From positions 15,752,336 through 15,816,335 of the forward strand of contig NC_092652.1 of assembly GCF_032118995.1 (NCBI RefSeq): DNA of 64,000 nucleotides, in the 5' to 3' direction. Positions within the stretch are counted from its first letter, which is position 1, and each line of letters starts with the position of its first letter. Positions 44,801 to 58,056 of this stretch are shown one piece after another. The notes below the pieces were generated by a model that saw only the letters and a list, made by a program, of their open reading frames with translations, ran no database searches and was not told the DNA's origin. Both the position numbers and the translations under genes were made by a program. This DNA comes from Asterias amurensis. Lineage: Eukaryota.

Positions 44801-46190
44801 AATGTGACTTTCAAAAAAGAGGCGCTGTTCACAAAACTTTTGTATTTTTTTTATGCAATGTCAAGAAATATGATTGGGCCGGGGCCGGGGCAAATTCTAA
44901 GATTTAGGTCATTAACAAGTCCTGATCAATGTTTGGTAATGCACTAAGCCTACAGAGTGCTTATGACAAGCTGCCAGATTGATGGAATTATTACTAACTT
45001 CTTAAGGTTTTAAATTCAAAATGAAGCAAATATTTCAAAATGCATTTCTCTATGTTTTCGGGGAAAAGGGTTTATTTTTGAGACAGTTCTGTTACATCAG
45101 GATACAATTGCCCGGGTTTGTCTTAAAAGAAATAAAAAGACAAGTTTTGGCCCTGATCAAAACCGAAAGGAAAATATTCTGAGACCCCTGCAAAAATGAA
45201 ATTTTGAGGGCAAAAAATGTGGTAAAAATGTTGATTTTGCAAGTTCTAAAAACATACTCTAATGCACGATCTTAAAACACCACAAGGGTGAAATTTTTAG
45301 CAATAATTTTTTGTCTCAAGTAAAGCCAAGGATGATAATTTGTAGTGATGGAAAAGGTTTTATGAAATATGCTTGTTTGTTGGTGGGGTGGAGTTGTAAA
45401 TATTAACTAAAAAACAGTTTTTCAGACCCCCAAATTGGCCTAAAAACAAACAAACTGTTACCATGGCAACGTGTTATATTATGATTTGAAATGTAAATGC
45501 TGTTTATTTGGACCCCAAGTCCCTACCATCCACAAAGTATAAGAAAAATTTTCCTTTTTTTTTACACGTGGACACGTTTATCGATATTTTGTGAAAAGAC
45601 CCTTAAAAAGGCATTTTTCACGTTTTGGGGAAAAAAGTCTAGTTTTGAGGCAGTACTGTCACAACAGGAAACAATTGCCCAAGTTTTTGACACCAGATAT
45701 GGAAAGACCAGTGTTTGCCCTAATTACAGCCGAAAGGAGAGTTTTCTGAGACCCCTGGCAAGTTGACATTTTGGGGTCCAAAAATAGGGTAAAAATGTCG
45801 ATTTTGCAAGTTCTAAAAACATACTGTAATGCATGATGCAAAAATAGCACAAGGGTGATATTTAAAGCAATAATTTTTTTTCTCAAGGAAGGCCAAGGAT
45901 GATACTTTGTAATGATATAAAAGGTTTTTCGAAATGATTTCGCATTTTGGTGGGGTGGAGTTGTAAATATGAGCTAAAAACCCGTTTTTCAGACCCCAAA
46001 ATCGGCCTAAAATGGCCAAAAAACAAAATGAGCCGTAACCATGGCAACGGGCTATATATGGAATTGAAAATGCAATTTTGTTAACTTGCACCCCAAGGCC
46101 CTTCCACCCACAAAGTATAAAAAAAATTCATTTTTTGACCGTGAGCAACTATGTCAATTATTTACCTGAACTGACTCTTAATTTCACGAA
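41840..46190. repeat. Large imperfect palindrome: inverted arms 41840-43700 and 44230-46190, each with two ~570-bp tandem units
   Basis: right arm is reverse complement of left (e.g. 43086-43140 vs 44860-44940; 41907-42476 vs 45500-46080); foldback MITE in spacer. Confidence 0.8.
43750..43978. mobile_element. Foldback element (short form) at centre of large palindrome
   Basis: arms aaggaacacgttgcc...gaccaactcgaccgacccaaggcaacgtgtgttcctt. Confidence 0.7.
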
Positions 46191-46908
46191 ATGTGTATTA
46201 GTTACTTTATTACAGACTGTAAGTTTGAATGAACCCGGTATCCGGGAAAAACTCCTTGCTGATTTTGAGGGTTTCTTTTTCTGAAATATTGGTATACAGC
46301 TCTGAAGCAAAATTTTAATATCTGCGTGCATGCAGACAATCAGAAGAAGAAAAAAAAGATTTAAAAACCATCGTTAAAACGTTTGTCGATGGACGCTCAT
46401 GTAATTACGATAACATGATCGATCTGTTAATCTTGGGCCCTTTTCGAAACGACTGGATTTGGCTATTGATTCGGCTCAAGCTAGCTTGGCCCCGCCGGTT
46501 GGTTTGACAATTGCGCGTGCTTTTGGGTGTAAGCGCTCAGCTTCAGACGAGAGAACGGAGCCTCAAGCCGAAGCCGTGGTTTCGAAAAGGGCATATTTCT
46601 CTTTAACAGTTTAAAAGCAAAGTGTGGTTTCAGAAATTAAATTACTCTGGAGATTTTGACCAACTCGTCTTTTAGATGAATCTTAATGTATTGTGAAGTC
46701 GAGTACAGGACCCAACCTCCGTAAAATAGATTTGTCTAAAATAGTGCCTATACTGTCAAACATAGAAAATAGTATCTTATTTTGTTGAAGACCCTCCAAT
46801 AAACACATACTTTGCTTATTTTGATATAAATCGAAGTAAGCAAACACGTTTGAAAACACACTGAACCCCAATGGGCACCAAAACACAGTACGTGTTGGGG
46901 TTGCCTCC

Positions 46909-47243
46909 TTAAAGACAATGAACACTTTTGGTAACTGTCGAAGACCAGTCTTCTTACTTAGTGTATCTCAACATTATGCATAAAATTACAAACCTGTGAA
47001 AATTTGAGCTCGATTGGTCGTCGAACTTGCGATCGCGAGAGAATAATGAAAGAAAAATCTAACTCTGAGGTCTCGAAATCAAGTTCGTGGAAAATTACTT
47101 CTTTCTCGAAAACAAAGTCACTTCAGGGAGCCGTTTCTCACAATGTTTTATACTATCAACCTCTCCCCATTACTCGTTACCAAGTAAGGTTTTATGCTAA
47201 TAATTATTTTGAGTAGTTACCAATAGTGTCCACTGCCTTTAAG
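46909..47243 (+). mobile_element. MITE family A copy (internal deletion)
   Basis: both TIRs. Confidence 0.8.
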
Positions 47244-47959
47244 GACCACCAAACCTACGTACGGGGCCCAATTTCAGAGCCTGTAATCACAAACAAACTT
47301 GCTAAAGCACAAACAAGATATAGCTTAACAGAAACAATACCATGCAGCCAAAATCAAATTAATTTTACACTGTTGTTACTGGTGCCCAGTTCAAATGTTG
47401 CTAATAAAAGAAATGTCAAGCAGTATGTTCTGCTTGAACTTCATGAAGTTTGGTCTAGGTCACTTTGTATTACAAAGTTGATAATGGAATAGAAACGGCA
47501 ACACAGGGTTGCTCCACACTAAAATAGGTCAACAATTCATGCACCAAAATTAGGCCCCCAAAATCTGTTTAATAATAACGTTTCTGGGTCATGCAATTTT
47601 AATATTGTTTAATTATGACAAGTTACCATCCTGAAGGGGTTCTTTGCCTCAACTTTTTAAGAGACTTGACTAAGGCTTTAAAGTCGGCCCCATTTGGCTT
47701 GGGAGGTGGGTAAGTTCCCCACTCGGGCAGCTAATCGTTTTGGGAAAAGGCACCTTTTTTTCGTGCTTTTCTAAACGGATGGCCTGCTAACAAAATTGAA
47801 AAGAAGTCTGAAGTTTATTGTACGGAAATTGATTGGTTTCAAGAGGCAGAAGCTCCAAAAATTTGTTGGGTATTTGTTTTAACTTTTTAAAAAAAAATTT
47901 ATGCAAGTCGCCCAAAACAAGGCTAAAAGCCACTCTAGGTAAGGGCATAAAACATAGAC

Positions 47960-48360
47960 ATGCAGAAACTCAGTGGAGCTGAAGGTAGGCATTGACATTC
48001 CTCTTAAAAGATGTAAGATCATAGGGTGAAGGGAAACATGCACCAGGCAAGGAGTTCCAAAGAGATGCAGTACGAGGGAAAAAAACTACTGGAGTAGCTC
48101 TTTGTTCTACATCTCGGCACAGCCACAGTATAAGGATGGGAACAAGCAGAAAGCCTGGTCTCACGCTCAAACACCCTGACATGAGGAACAAGGTTGGATA
48201 GACTGGTGGAACATTTACTATGGAAATATCTGTAAAACAGACAGAGGCTGGCTACAGACCTTCGGTGAGAAAGGGGTTGCAGTGTAGTTCCTAACCCTTC
48301 TCCAACCAGGTTTATAATACGCTTCTGCACTCGATCCAGTAAAGATTTAAAAAAAAAAAC
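47960..48360 (-). mobile_element. Degenerate retroelement 3-prime tail (SFFPRT..WNSLP-type conserved C-terminus), frameshifted
   Basis: minus-strand ORFs ...HPYTVAVPRCRTKSYSSSFFP / FFPRTASLWNSLP...FKRNVNAYL. Confidence 0.4.
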
Positions 48361-48427
48361 CAATAAAAAAAAAAAACTATATTATTTTAGCATTTCGGTT
48401 GCTTGTCGAGTTCATTTAGTGTGGTGC

Positions 48428-48680
48428 ACCAAAGCTACGGAGAGTAGGGGCCTGGTGCCCATAATTGTCCAGTGCCAGAGGCCCCCAGTGAAAAAAATAC
48501 ATAGCTGTGCCCTTAAAAGTGATGAAACAACCGTTATCTAAAGCTACGAGGGTTGGGGCTGGGCGCCCCAACTGTCCAGTATCCCTAAGGGTAAAAGATA
48601 CACGTAGTGCCCTTAAAAGGGTGTAAACAATACCCGCCCCGAGCAATGCCCCTCTTTTTACCTCCAATAAATATATCATG
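48428..48680. repeat. Tandem duplication of ~125-bp unit
   Basis: aaagctacggagagtaggggcctggtgcccataattgtccagtg... repeated as aaagctacgagggttggggctgggcgccccaactgtccagta... Confidence 0.7.
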
Positions 48681-49790
48681 GCTATGCCATTGAAATGAAA
48701 TTACTAAACAAAATGGTATATAACCCAAGTTCTGTGTGAAACACACACAGCTTCAATATGTTTGTGTGACCTTTAAACAACAAGTCTTGTCCTTTTCATT
48801 GCATTACAGCAGTGTTTACACGAGGTTAACTTTGTTCCTCAAATTTGACCAGTTTTTTTTATCATGGACACTTTGTACCCCAAAACGCAAACTTATACAA
48901 TAGTATCAACGAGACTGCATTTGCTTGAACCCTCCTCGGGTACAAGTCGATGTTTGCAATGATAAGGACTTCACTAAATGCTAGATGACCAATCAAAAGC
49001 CATGTTACATCCTCTCTCGCTCTATTCAAACAAGGTCTGAGGTTAAGATAAATACATTAGTAACTCTTTTTTTTTTTTTTTTAAATGATTTGATATTAAT
49101 AACACAATCTGTTGATTAGTGTCTAAGTAATGATTAACAATTTTGGATGGTAATTTTGAGGTGTATTGGTTTTGGAAGCCATTCCGGGCACTGGCTGCAA
49201 GACGAGTGCAGCATACACGCCCCTCGTCACCGTTTAAACGCATTTTTCCGAAGTCTGTATTTCTGGTTTTCCTAACACTGAATAAGCTGGTCAAGCGACT
49301 AATATCAACCCAACATGCGAAGTCTACAGATTCTTGCACTGTGTTCACTCCTTGCATCAGGTAAGATTAAATTTTCGTTATTATATGAAAACAGAAACTA
49401 TAGAAACACAGACAAAACTAATCTCAAATTACTCATTATTATATGAACGGAAACGCCCACCGCAAGTTACCGATATTTTTAAAAAAAATGCAAAACAAGT
49501 TCAGAATTATTGTTTTTAAATTAAAAAGCAGGAATATTAGAATGTAAATATTTAAATTTATAATGGTGTTTAAAGCACTGCATTCTTTCTCAATTTCTGA
49601 GAAACAAAACCACAGGCAAATCACCCATTTTGGGATTGGAACCCACGATATTTGCAATGCCAGAGCAATGGGCTAGCCCGGTGATTAATCCTATGTTTTA
49701 GCAGCAGGTAAACCAACTATCTAATAGATATCATTATTATAAGATCATTCGTACAAACAACTTATTGTTTTCTTTATCCCCGATTCAAAA

Positions 49791-50163
49791 TTAAGGAACG
49801 CGTTGCCTTGGATCGGACGAGTTGGTCTATAAAAAGCATTTGTAACCCTTTTTTAAATGCATATGTTTGGAAAGATGTTTTAAAAGTAGAATACAATGAT
49901 CCACACAAGTTTGCCTCGAAATTGCGTGGTTTTCCTTTTACTTTGGGAACTAACACGGTTGGTCAAAAATTTGACTCCCATAAATGGCCGACCGTGTTAG
50001 TCGACGATGTAAAAGGAAAACCGTGCAATTTCGAGGCGTTATTGTGTGGATCATTGTACTCTACTTTTACAACATCTTTCTACTCAAACGCATTTTATAA
50101 CAAACGGTTACAAACGCTTTTCAAAGACCAACTCGACCGATCCAAGGCAAAGTGTTCCTTTAC
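49791..50163. mobile_element. Foldback element, full copy (~180-bp arms)
   Basis: near-perfect palindrome around ggccgaccgtgttag. Confidence 0.8.
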
Positions 50164-50334
50164 TATTAATTGTAAGGTAGAATGTTCCTTATGTTTAGTG
50201 TGTAATGCCTCAAAAACCCATAAATACAAAGGCATATACGAGGTGTTTTAGGGGTAAATCACAGGCAGATGAAATGGTAAAACCAAAATGATATTTTGAT
50301 ATCCATTGATAATTTAATATAAGATATATATACG

Positions 50335-50640
50335 GGAGGCGGGTCGTGGTCAAGCGGTTATAAGCGCCTGACGCAAGCTTTGATTTTTTTGATGATCAGT
50401 AGGTTCGAGTCCCGGTTGGGGTACTTGACTTATACGTACTAAAACTGAGTCGTTCTTCCTATGGGACGTTAAGTCGTAGGTTCCGTGTGTTAGGTTTGGT
50501 AGTGTACGTAAAAAAACAGAACAATATCTTGGACGAGTATAGGTGTCAACCCCAGTGTTTCTGGTTCCGTAGCATCACATACAGTTTTCCTCATAGGCTT
50601 GCGAACTACGGTGATTAAATTCACTTTATGAGACATCCTT
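50335..50640 (+). mobile_element. Related tRNA-derived SINE
   Basis: gtcaagcggttataagcgcctgac...ggttcgagtcccgg...cttcctatgggacgttaagtcgtaggttccgtgtg. Confidence 0.5.
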
Positions 50641-50744
50641 TGTTCATTGCTGGAGCTAAAAAACATTACCATTTGTTTACTATAAAATATAACCATTTTT
50701 TTTACAAATACACAAGAAGTTCAGTCTTATTTTGGGGGTTTCCT

Positions 50745-50900
50745 CGTTGATGCTTTTAAGGGACACGTTGGGGTACAAGAAACATTTGTTTTGAAATAAA
50801 TATGGTTGGAAAGATGAAAAGCAGCATGTTATGATTTACACAACCCTGAAATTTGTGTGGTTTTCCTTCGTAAACACGATCCGCCATTTTGTGGAGTCAA
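50745..50900. mobile_element. Diverged partial foldback-family copy
   Basis: aagggacacgttggggtacaag...ccgccattttgtggagtcaaag. Confidence 0.4.
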
Positions 50901-51772
50901 AGATTTCAGGAGCAAAATATTTACCCTTATATAAACATAATTGTTCAGTGAATAACAAAACGTTGTATGGAAGATGAAGTGTTATTATTTGTTTTACCTT
51001 TTTTTGGGGAAACGCTCTGTAAACGACTAGTCTTATCTCGAGTTAGGACGGGTTAGTCGCTCTAACTTAGGACTAGCCTTAAGTTTTTAATATCTCCTAG
51101 GACTAGTCCTAAGTTAGGACTAGGAAGTTAGGACTAGTCCCAACTCTTTGTAAAATCGACCCATTCGTTAATCGCTGCAATAAATAAGAAATACAAAATA
51201 CCCAGTAATTTTTCTTATAAAACTAAAACCACACTTAACGTTTTAAATTGCTCGTAAAATACTGTTGTGTTTTTAGAGCTGTTAGAGGGCGCAATGATGT
51301 TTTGCTTTTGTTTTAAACGGTAATCACCTCTTTTAAAAATGGAGTGTACCCAAAACGGGATTGCGTGATACCTCCTTCCGCCTCGATCCGCTGTTGGCAA
51401 TTAGCTGACGTTTGCCCCAATTCGGCCACCAAAAAAACATCAGTCTATATGTTACACATCTGGCAACTGCGCATTGTTGAACCAATAAGCCTTTCTGTAG
51501 TTACACTTTTTTCATACATTATGCAGTCACAACAAACAACAGACAAACACAAAAATAGAGGACACACTTGGAAACTGTCTGAATTGTCATGCCTGAATCT
51601 AAAATGAATAAAGTCCTGAGATAAATTAGAGACGGTATCATGATGTTGTCACATTGTTCGGCGGTAGTTCCTTCATTGGTACTTGCTGTCCACAGACTCG
51701 AATAAAACATTTAATAAAAAGTAGTTCAAATAGCAGCTTTTGCCAATTCGGACGTTTCTAAACTTAAAGGCA

Positions 51773-52148
51773 GTGGACACTATTGGTAATTGTCAAAGAC
51801 TAGCCTTCACAGTTGGTGTATCTCAACATATGCATAAAATAACAAACCTGTGAAGATTTGAGCTCAATCGGTCATCGAAGTTGCGAGATAATAATGAAAG
51901 ACAAAAGACCCTTGTCACACGAAGTTGTGTGCGTTTAGATGGTTGATTTCGAGACCTCAAGTTCTAAATCTGAGGTCTCGAAATCGAATTCGTGGAAAAT
52001 TACTTCTTTCTCGAAAACTATGGCACTTCAGAGGGAGCCGTTTCTCACAATGTTTTATACCATCAACCTCTCCCATTACTCGCACCAAGAAAGGTTTTAT
52101 GCCGATAATTATTTTGAGTAATTACCAATAGTGTCCACTGCCTTTAAA
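51773..52148 (+). mobile_element. MITE family A full copy
   Basis: both TIRs. Confidence 0.85.
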
Positions 52149-52529
52149 CCAAAGGACAGTTTGGATTGACCAAACATGTGTTTACCTCTTATACTTGCAA
52201 AAGCAAGTTGGTGTCATATTAATCTGGTTCTATCGTGTATGTGTAGTAATGTAAATGTAAACCTTTCGTTGCCAAAGGGTCACGGCCATGGTGTTATAAA
52301 ACTGCAAAGTGACGTCCTATTCGTGATGAAATGTCCGCTCTATACATGGCATAGAAGAGTACGCCCTCTTATGAGAACTCTTGGCATAAGTCTCATTTGG
52401 GCGAGTGAGGTGTGTTTAAAACCAGATATTATCAAAGATTCGGACACGAATGGGTCGAAGCATTCAAGGAACCTGTCTATAGGTCAAAACAACGTTTAAC
52501 AGGTCAAGTCATCAGTTTGACCTTAATGT

Positions 52530-52911
52530 TAAAGGCAGTGGTCACTATTGGTAATTACTCGAAATAATTATTAGCATAAAACCTCACTTGGTATCGAGTA
52601 ATGGGGAGAGGTTAATAGTATACAACATTCTGAGAAATGGCTCCCTCTGAAGTAACGTAGTTTTCAAGAAAGAAGTAATTTTCAACGAATTTGATTTTAA
52701 GACCTCAGAATTAGATTTTGAGGTCTCGAAATCAAGCATCTGAAAGCACACAATTTCGTGTGACAATGGTGTTTTTTCTTTCATATCTCGAAACTTCGAC
52801 GATCAATTGAGCTCAAATGATCACAGGTTTGTTATTTTATGCATATGTTGAGATACACCAAGTGAGAAGATTGGTCTTTGACACGTGCCAATAGTGTCCA
52901 GTGTCTTTAAG
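52530..52911 (-). mobile_element. MITE family A full copy
   Basis: both TIRs. Confidence 0.85.
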
Positions 52912-55562
52912 TTTTACTGAAATTCAAAATTTTTGTCATGGATTTGGATCCTGATCTTTTCAAACAATAGAACATGGTATTTCTAGAGTGTAATAGGTTT
53001 AAATACGGGACTCAAAGAAGGCCAGTTTTCAGATAGCGAAATGATGTATGTTGTAAGTCTAGTAAATGCAGACCATGGACGAATGTGCTGAATAATAATT
53101 TAATAATAATTTATTCATTTATACTGCACCCATTCCATAAAATGTACACAAGCGCAAAACAAAATAATTATAAAAATATTAAAATTTTACAACAGGAAAA
53201 TATATAGCAATCCACACAAATGAAAATACAAGGACCTTACAGAACAATCCGAAGTGTAAAAAAAAAAATACAAATAAATATGTGTGCATTCGGTACTTTT
53301 TTGAGACCATGTCCCCCGGTGTGTTCCCAGGTAGATATTAATTATAATTATGGTTCAAAGTAAATTGATTCAAAAAGGGCGCTACACAACTCGCCGTATG
53401 AGGGACAGAATATCAAGGGACAGAACCTATAGGAAAAAACCTCCTGCCATAGTTTTATAAAATTTCTTATGAAACTTGGATGATATAAATAACTGTACAT
53501 TTACTCAGTCTTATTGTGCAGTATAATGCTAATTGGATAACTGCACGCACAGTTCGCGCCTGGTAGAACCTTTACTTATCTTTCTTAGATAAGATTTCGA
53601 TTAAAACACTTTAGGATAGTTGTGATAAGAGTTGTACCAGGCTGTGTGAATTGCCAATGTTTACAATTAGGTCTACAAAGGGTCAATGGTCACAAGTACT
53701 GTCTCACAATGAAACAGGAGATATTTGTGGGCGTTGTTGGTGGAAACTATTTCAAAATAATTTCAAGGCATCCTCGCCTCTCTCTTGCACCCCTCTTAAA
53801 AAAAGAGAAAATCAAATAAATTTGGGGTGACATGGGTGGCTAAATTAGGATCTTGATCTGGATAAAATATTCTCAACGCACTAAAATTAGAGCCAAACTG
53901 AAAGAGAAGATTATAAAGAAGTGTCAGGTTTAGAGCTCACCTCTTTGCGCTGTGGCCCTGGTTCGATTCCTGACAAGGGCCATAAGTGGGTATAGTTATT
54001 TGTTATGGTTCTCTCATGAGGTACACCTGTTTCTCTCAGGATTTCAGCCTCCTAGCTCCTTAGAAATAGGACAAACACGTTTGATCTTTGGCGTGCTCTA
54101 ACGGTCCATGTGGTAAAAGGAAAAATACAGCATTTATCTAGCGCATTCTGGATCACAGATCCTCGATGCACTTTACAACTTAAAACAAGGCTTGATTTAC
54201 AAAGGTACAACATAAACAGGTCAGTTGTAAACAAAAAGATTAAAAATGGAAAACACTAAAGCTTTACTTAAAACAAAAAATGGCTGCTAGAGGGGCATGC
54301 CTGTGGCGTGACCATGTTGTAGCAGGGTAGGAAGTTATCCATGAAGATGATTGACTCGAGCCCGTGCTTTTCAGCCGGACCCACCTAGGTATGTGAGCGG
54401 GTTCTGGGTGACTGCAGAGCAATAAACCACTGGGTTGTGTAGTATATTGGATTACAGTATAATTCAAGTTCAGATCATTCTTAACGCGGCTGCTCCTCAC
54501 AACTACTGAAGAGTGAACTGCAGACATTGAACTGCGCTCCTAGTGTGAATATTTGCAGAGAGATATACCAGGGGACAGGTCCTAGCTACTACACCAAACT
54601 GGATGGATAAATTTGATTTGAATATATTCAAATTAAATAGTAACTTTCCATTGTGTTAAATCATTTTGTAATGTTGAAATGTCAGCGGCTAATTCCTAAA
54701 GGGGAGAGGTATGTTGTGAAGCCCTTTGCTGTAGCTTGGGAAACCCACTACGACCTCATTTTAGCCCCCATATAAAACACCCTGTGCCAATTGAAATGGC
54801 GCAGATGACTCCAGGACGTTGGTCGCACCACATTTTATGCATTTATTACATACAAAAATATGCTCATTGATTTACTGAGGTAAGAAACCTTTCGATTAAA
54901 TGATTTGAATCTCTGACTTAGTTTCCCAACATGGGTTTCATTTCCGTCTTCCGTTGGTCTAGTTTCCGGACAAGTGAAACATAACAGCTTCAAAATGTAC
55001 ACCTATATCAAGCCTAAAATGTACTGCGGTACCAAGCTAATCATGACTTTTTATTCGCCATAAGTTTGTAACCAAACTTTTACCGATAGGGTATCCTCTC
55101 TTACAGGGCGTTTACAAACTGGAAAAAAAAACACAAACTGAAACAAAAACCACGTGGTAGGACTTACACAAATTATTGCAGATTATTTATATAAATATAG
55201 TGCTATCGAAGAGATTTATCTTAAATAATCAAACAAATGTGCTCCCGTTCTGTAACCTCGAACGTGAATGGCACTATCGGCAATGGAGAAATCACTCGGC
55301 TAATAAGATCTTTGATCTGTGGTACAATTTTCTGACCCCGCTCAAGTGGGTCCACACAGGGCGGCGACGTTTTCCATCAACTATTGATTTAATAGTTTCA
55401 ACATTTTGAAGTGCACGCGGACCAGCCGATTTCAAGAAACGCTAGGATTAGTCCTCTCTCAAGTTAGGACGAGTAACTCGTCCTAATTAATCCTATGAGG
55501 ACGAGTAACTCGTCCTAACTTAGGATGGGTTCAATGCGTCCTAACTGTGATGGTCAAGGAAC

Positions 55563-55950
55563 TTAAAGGAACACGTTGCCTTGGATCGGACGAGTTGGTC
55601 TATAAAATGCGTTTGAAACCGTTTGTTATAAAATGCATAAATGGTTAGAAAGAGGTTTTTAAAGTAGAATATAATGATCCACACAAGTATCACTCGAAAC
55701 TGCACGGTTTTCCTTTTACGTCGCGAACTAACACGGTCGGCCATTTTTGGGAGTCAAAATGTTGACTCCCATAAATGGCCGATCGTGTAAATCGACGAGG
55801 TATAAAGAAAACCACGCAATTTCGAGGCATGTTTGTGTAAATCATTGTATTCTACTTTTACAACATCTTTCTACCCATATGCATTTTATAACAAACGGTT
55901 ACAAATGCTTTTCAAAGACCAACTCGACCGATCCAAGGCAACGTGTTTAA
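55563..55950. mobile_element. Foldback element, full copy
   Basis: same family; flanked by ttaggacgagtaactcgtcctaa-type short palindromes. Confidence 0.8.
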
Positions 55951-56614
55951 CTCGTTCTTAGTGCAATCCTAAATTAGGAAGAGTTTTGTGAAATCGGCAG
56001 CTGGTTCCGCAAAGGGGCATTTTTACCTGCTCGCGCAATGGCATTTTTAGACAAAAAATCTCAGGATAATGTCACAAATCAAAATAATGAACATACAATT
56101 AATTTAATGTGCATCTGTAAGGTTTTGACGGTTGTATAGGCCCTACTGCAAATGTTCTTGTAACTTCAGCTGATTATAGCCTAGATCATAGTCTTCCACT
56201 CAAATTCAAAGTGTACAATTGATTATTGGAATCGTTCGATTGTTCTAATCCCATATAAATGTAGATTGTTTGCAATAAAAGTGCTTTGTGAAGATTCCAT
56301 TTCAAAAGATAGACTCGTTTTGAGGTAGACCTTTTCGCAAAATACCCATTGCGCAAGCGCTATTAAACTGTTGAATGAGGTGCATGCTCATAGCCAGTAA
56401 TCAAACTGATCGCTAGCTAGACCAGCATGCACATACCACCCCCGTAGCGCGGTTAGGTACTGAGTATTTGCCATAAGGTCTATGAGTATATGAAACAAAA
56501 GCTTTTGATAGAATATTCTGCACATTAATATAGCTTCCCTCACTCATGTAAATGAATGTTTAAATAGCGAAAATACCTCTGAAACAAAATATTTGTGTAT
56601 GATTTTCACAACAG

Positions 56615-56784
56615 CTGTAGCGCAGAGTGGGAGCTTAAAATGTGGCGGGAAATGGCAGCAGTATAACGGCAAATGTTATATAGCAGTCGGATCCAAGAAA
56701 TCTTGGGGCGATGCGAGGAAGGATTGTCAGAAGAGGGGTGCCGATGGAGGAGATCTTGTCTTAATACCAGATACGGGTACCAAC
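56615..56784 (+). CDS. C-type lectin domain gene, CTLD-A exon 1
   Basis: aacag| acceptor, aac|gtaagt donor; CGGKWQQYNGKCYIAVGSKKSWGDARKDCQKRGADGGDLVLIPD (CTLD N-terminal C..W..Y...CY signature). Confidence 0.7.
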
Positions 56785-57321
56785 GTAAGTACACAGTCTT
56801 CTTATCGTGTCACATCAGGGGGCCAATTTCATAGCGCTGCTAAGCACAAACATTTGCTTAGCATGAAATTTTGGCCTCGATAAAAACAGAATTACCAACC
56901 AAAATTCCACGTGGTTTTGAGGATAAACAAACAACAGTTGAATACAAGTAACAAGCAATATGCAACAAATGGAAATATGGTTAGTAATCCTGTTTTTATC
57001 AAGGAAGAAATTTCATGCTAAGCAAATTTGTGTGCTTAGCAGCGCTATGAAATTTCATAGAGCTGCTGAGCAAGAACATATAATGTCATCTTATTGTCCT
57101 GTCATTTGTAACAAGTTTGCAGGTGGTATACTACAATAAAGCACAACTTTGATATGAATAATCCTGCGTTTGAAATTATTTACACTGCAAAAACTGGAGT
57201 GTTAAATTGATTCTCTTGGTGACAACACCGACACGGTGTTAATTAAACCAACGATTATAGTAATTTGGATAAATAACACCGTGCAGTGTATGTTTATTTA
57301 TAATGATTGATCTTTTCACAG

Positions 57322-57443
57322 ACGTTTCTGAAGAAGGTGCTCACTGGAGTTTCAGACAACACATGGATCGGTTTACACGACATTGCGAAGGAGAACACTT
57401 TCAAGTGGGTGGATGACCAAACACCTGCTGCTAAAGGTTTCAC
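57322..57443 (+). CDS. CTLD-A exon 2
   Basis: tcttttcacag| acceptor, ac|gtaagt donor; TWIGLHDIAKENTFKWVDD (WIGL.D motif). Confidence 0.75.
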
Positions 57444-57922
57444 GTAAGTGGGTGGAAATTCAAATAGCTCCAGAGTAGGCTCCAGTTTTACCGTGCATCA
57501 CCGGGCTCCATTTCCCGCCTGTATTTCACGCCTTCGTGCATCACCAAGCTAATCAGTCTCTGCTTCATCACAGTCCGGCTTTCTCCAGAAGACGATCGGA
57601 GCATACTGATCTAAACGTCGCGTTGAAACCAAACGGTTCTTTTCATAACCACCCTAACTTATTTAGAGATAGTCATTATGGTGTTACCGCAAATATTTCC
57701 ATAGTATAATCTTATTATTATTCAATTAATGGTTTTACCCATGATAAATACACATCAGTCGGATGGGACTCGAACCACCAACCTTTTTGCCATTCGAGAG
57801 CAGTGTCATACCAATTAAGCCACCACTAATTTAAGAAATAATAAACCACAGGGGAAAAGGACTGGGTACAAAATATTATGTATTATACAAAGTCACATCC
57901 CCTATGTTTTTTCATTGAACAG

Positions 57923-58056
57923 GAACTGGGCAGCTGGTGAACCTAACAATGTTGGTGAAGAGGACTGTGTCATGATTTATACGTCAGATCCAAACTTGGT
58001 TTGGAATGACGATGCCTGCTCCACCAAACTTGCTTACGTCTGTGAACGTAGCATCA
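57923..58056 (+). CDS. CTLD-A exon 3
   Basis: cattgaacag| acceptor, a|gtaagt donor; NWAAGEPNNVGEEDCVMI...WNDDACSTKLAYVCE (EPN motif, mannose-type; WND; C-terminal cysteines). Confidence 0.8.

Noticed and set aside
42271-45766. Paired ORFs 42271-42510 (-) and 45497-45766 (+) encoding the same peptide
   Set aside because: They are mirror images generated by the large palindrome, and are also present in each 570-bp tandem unit. This is non-coding repeat.
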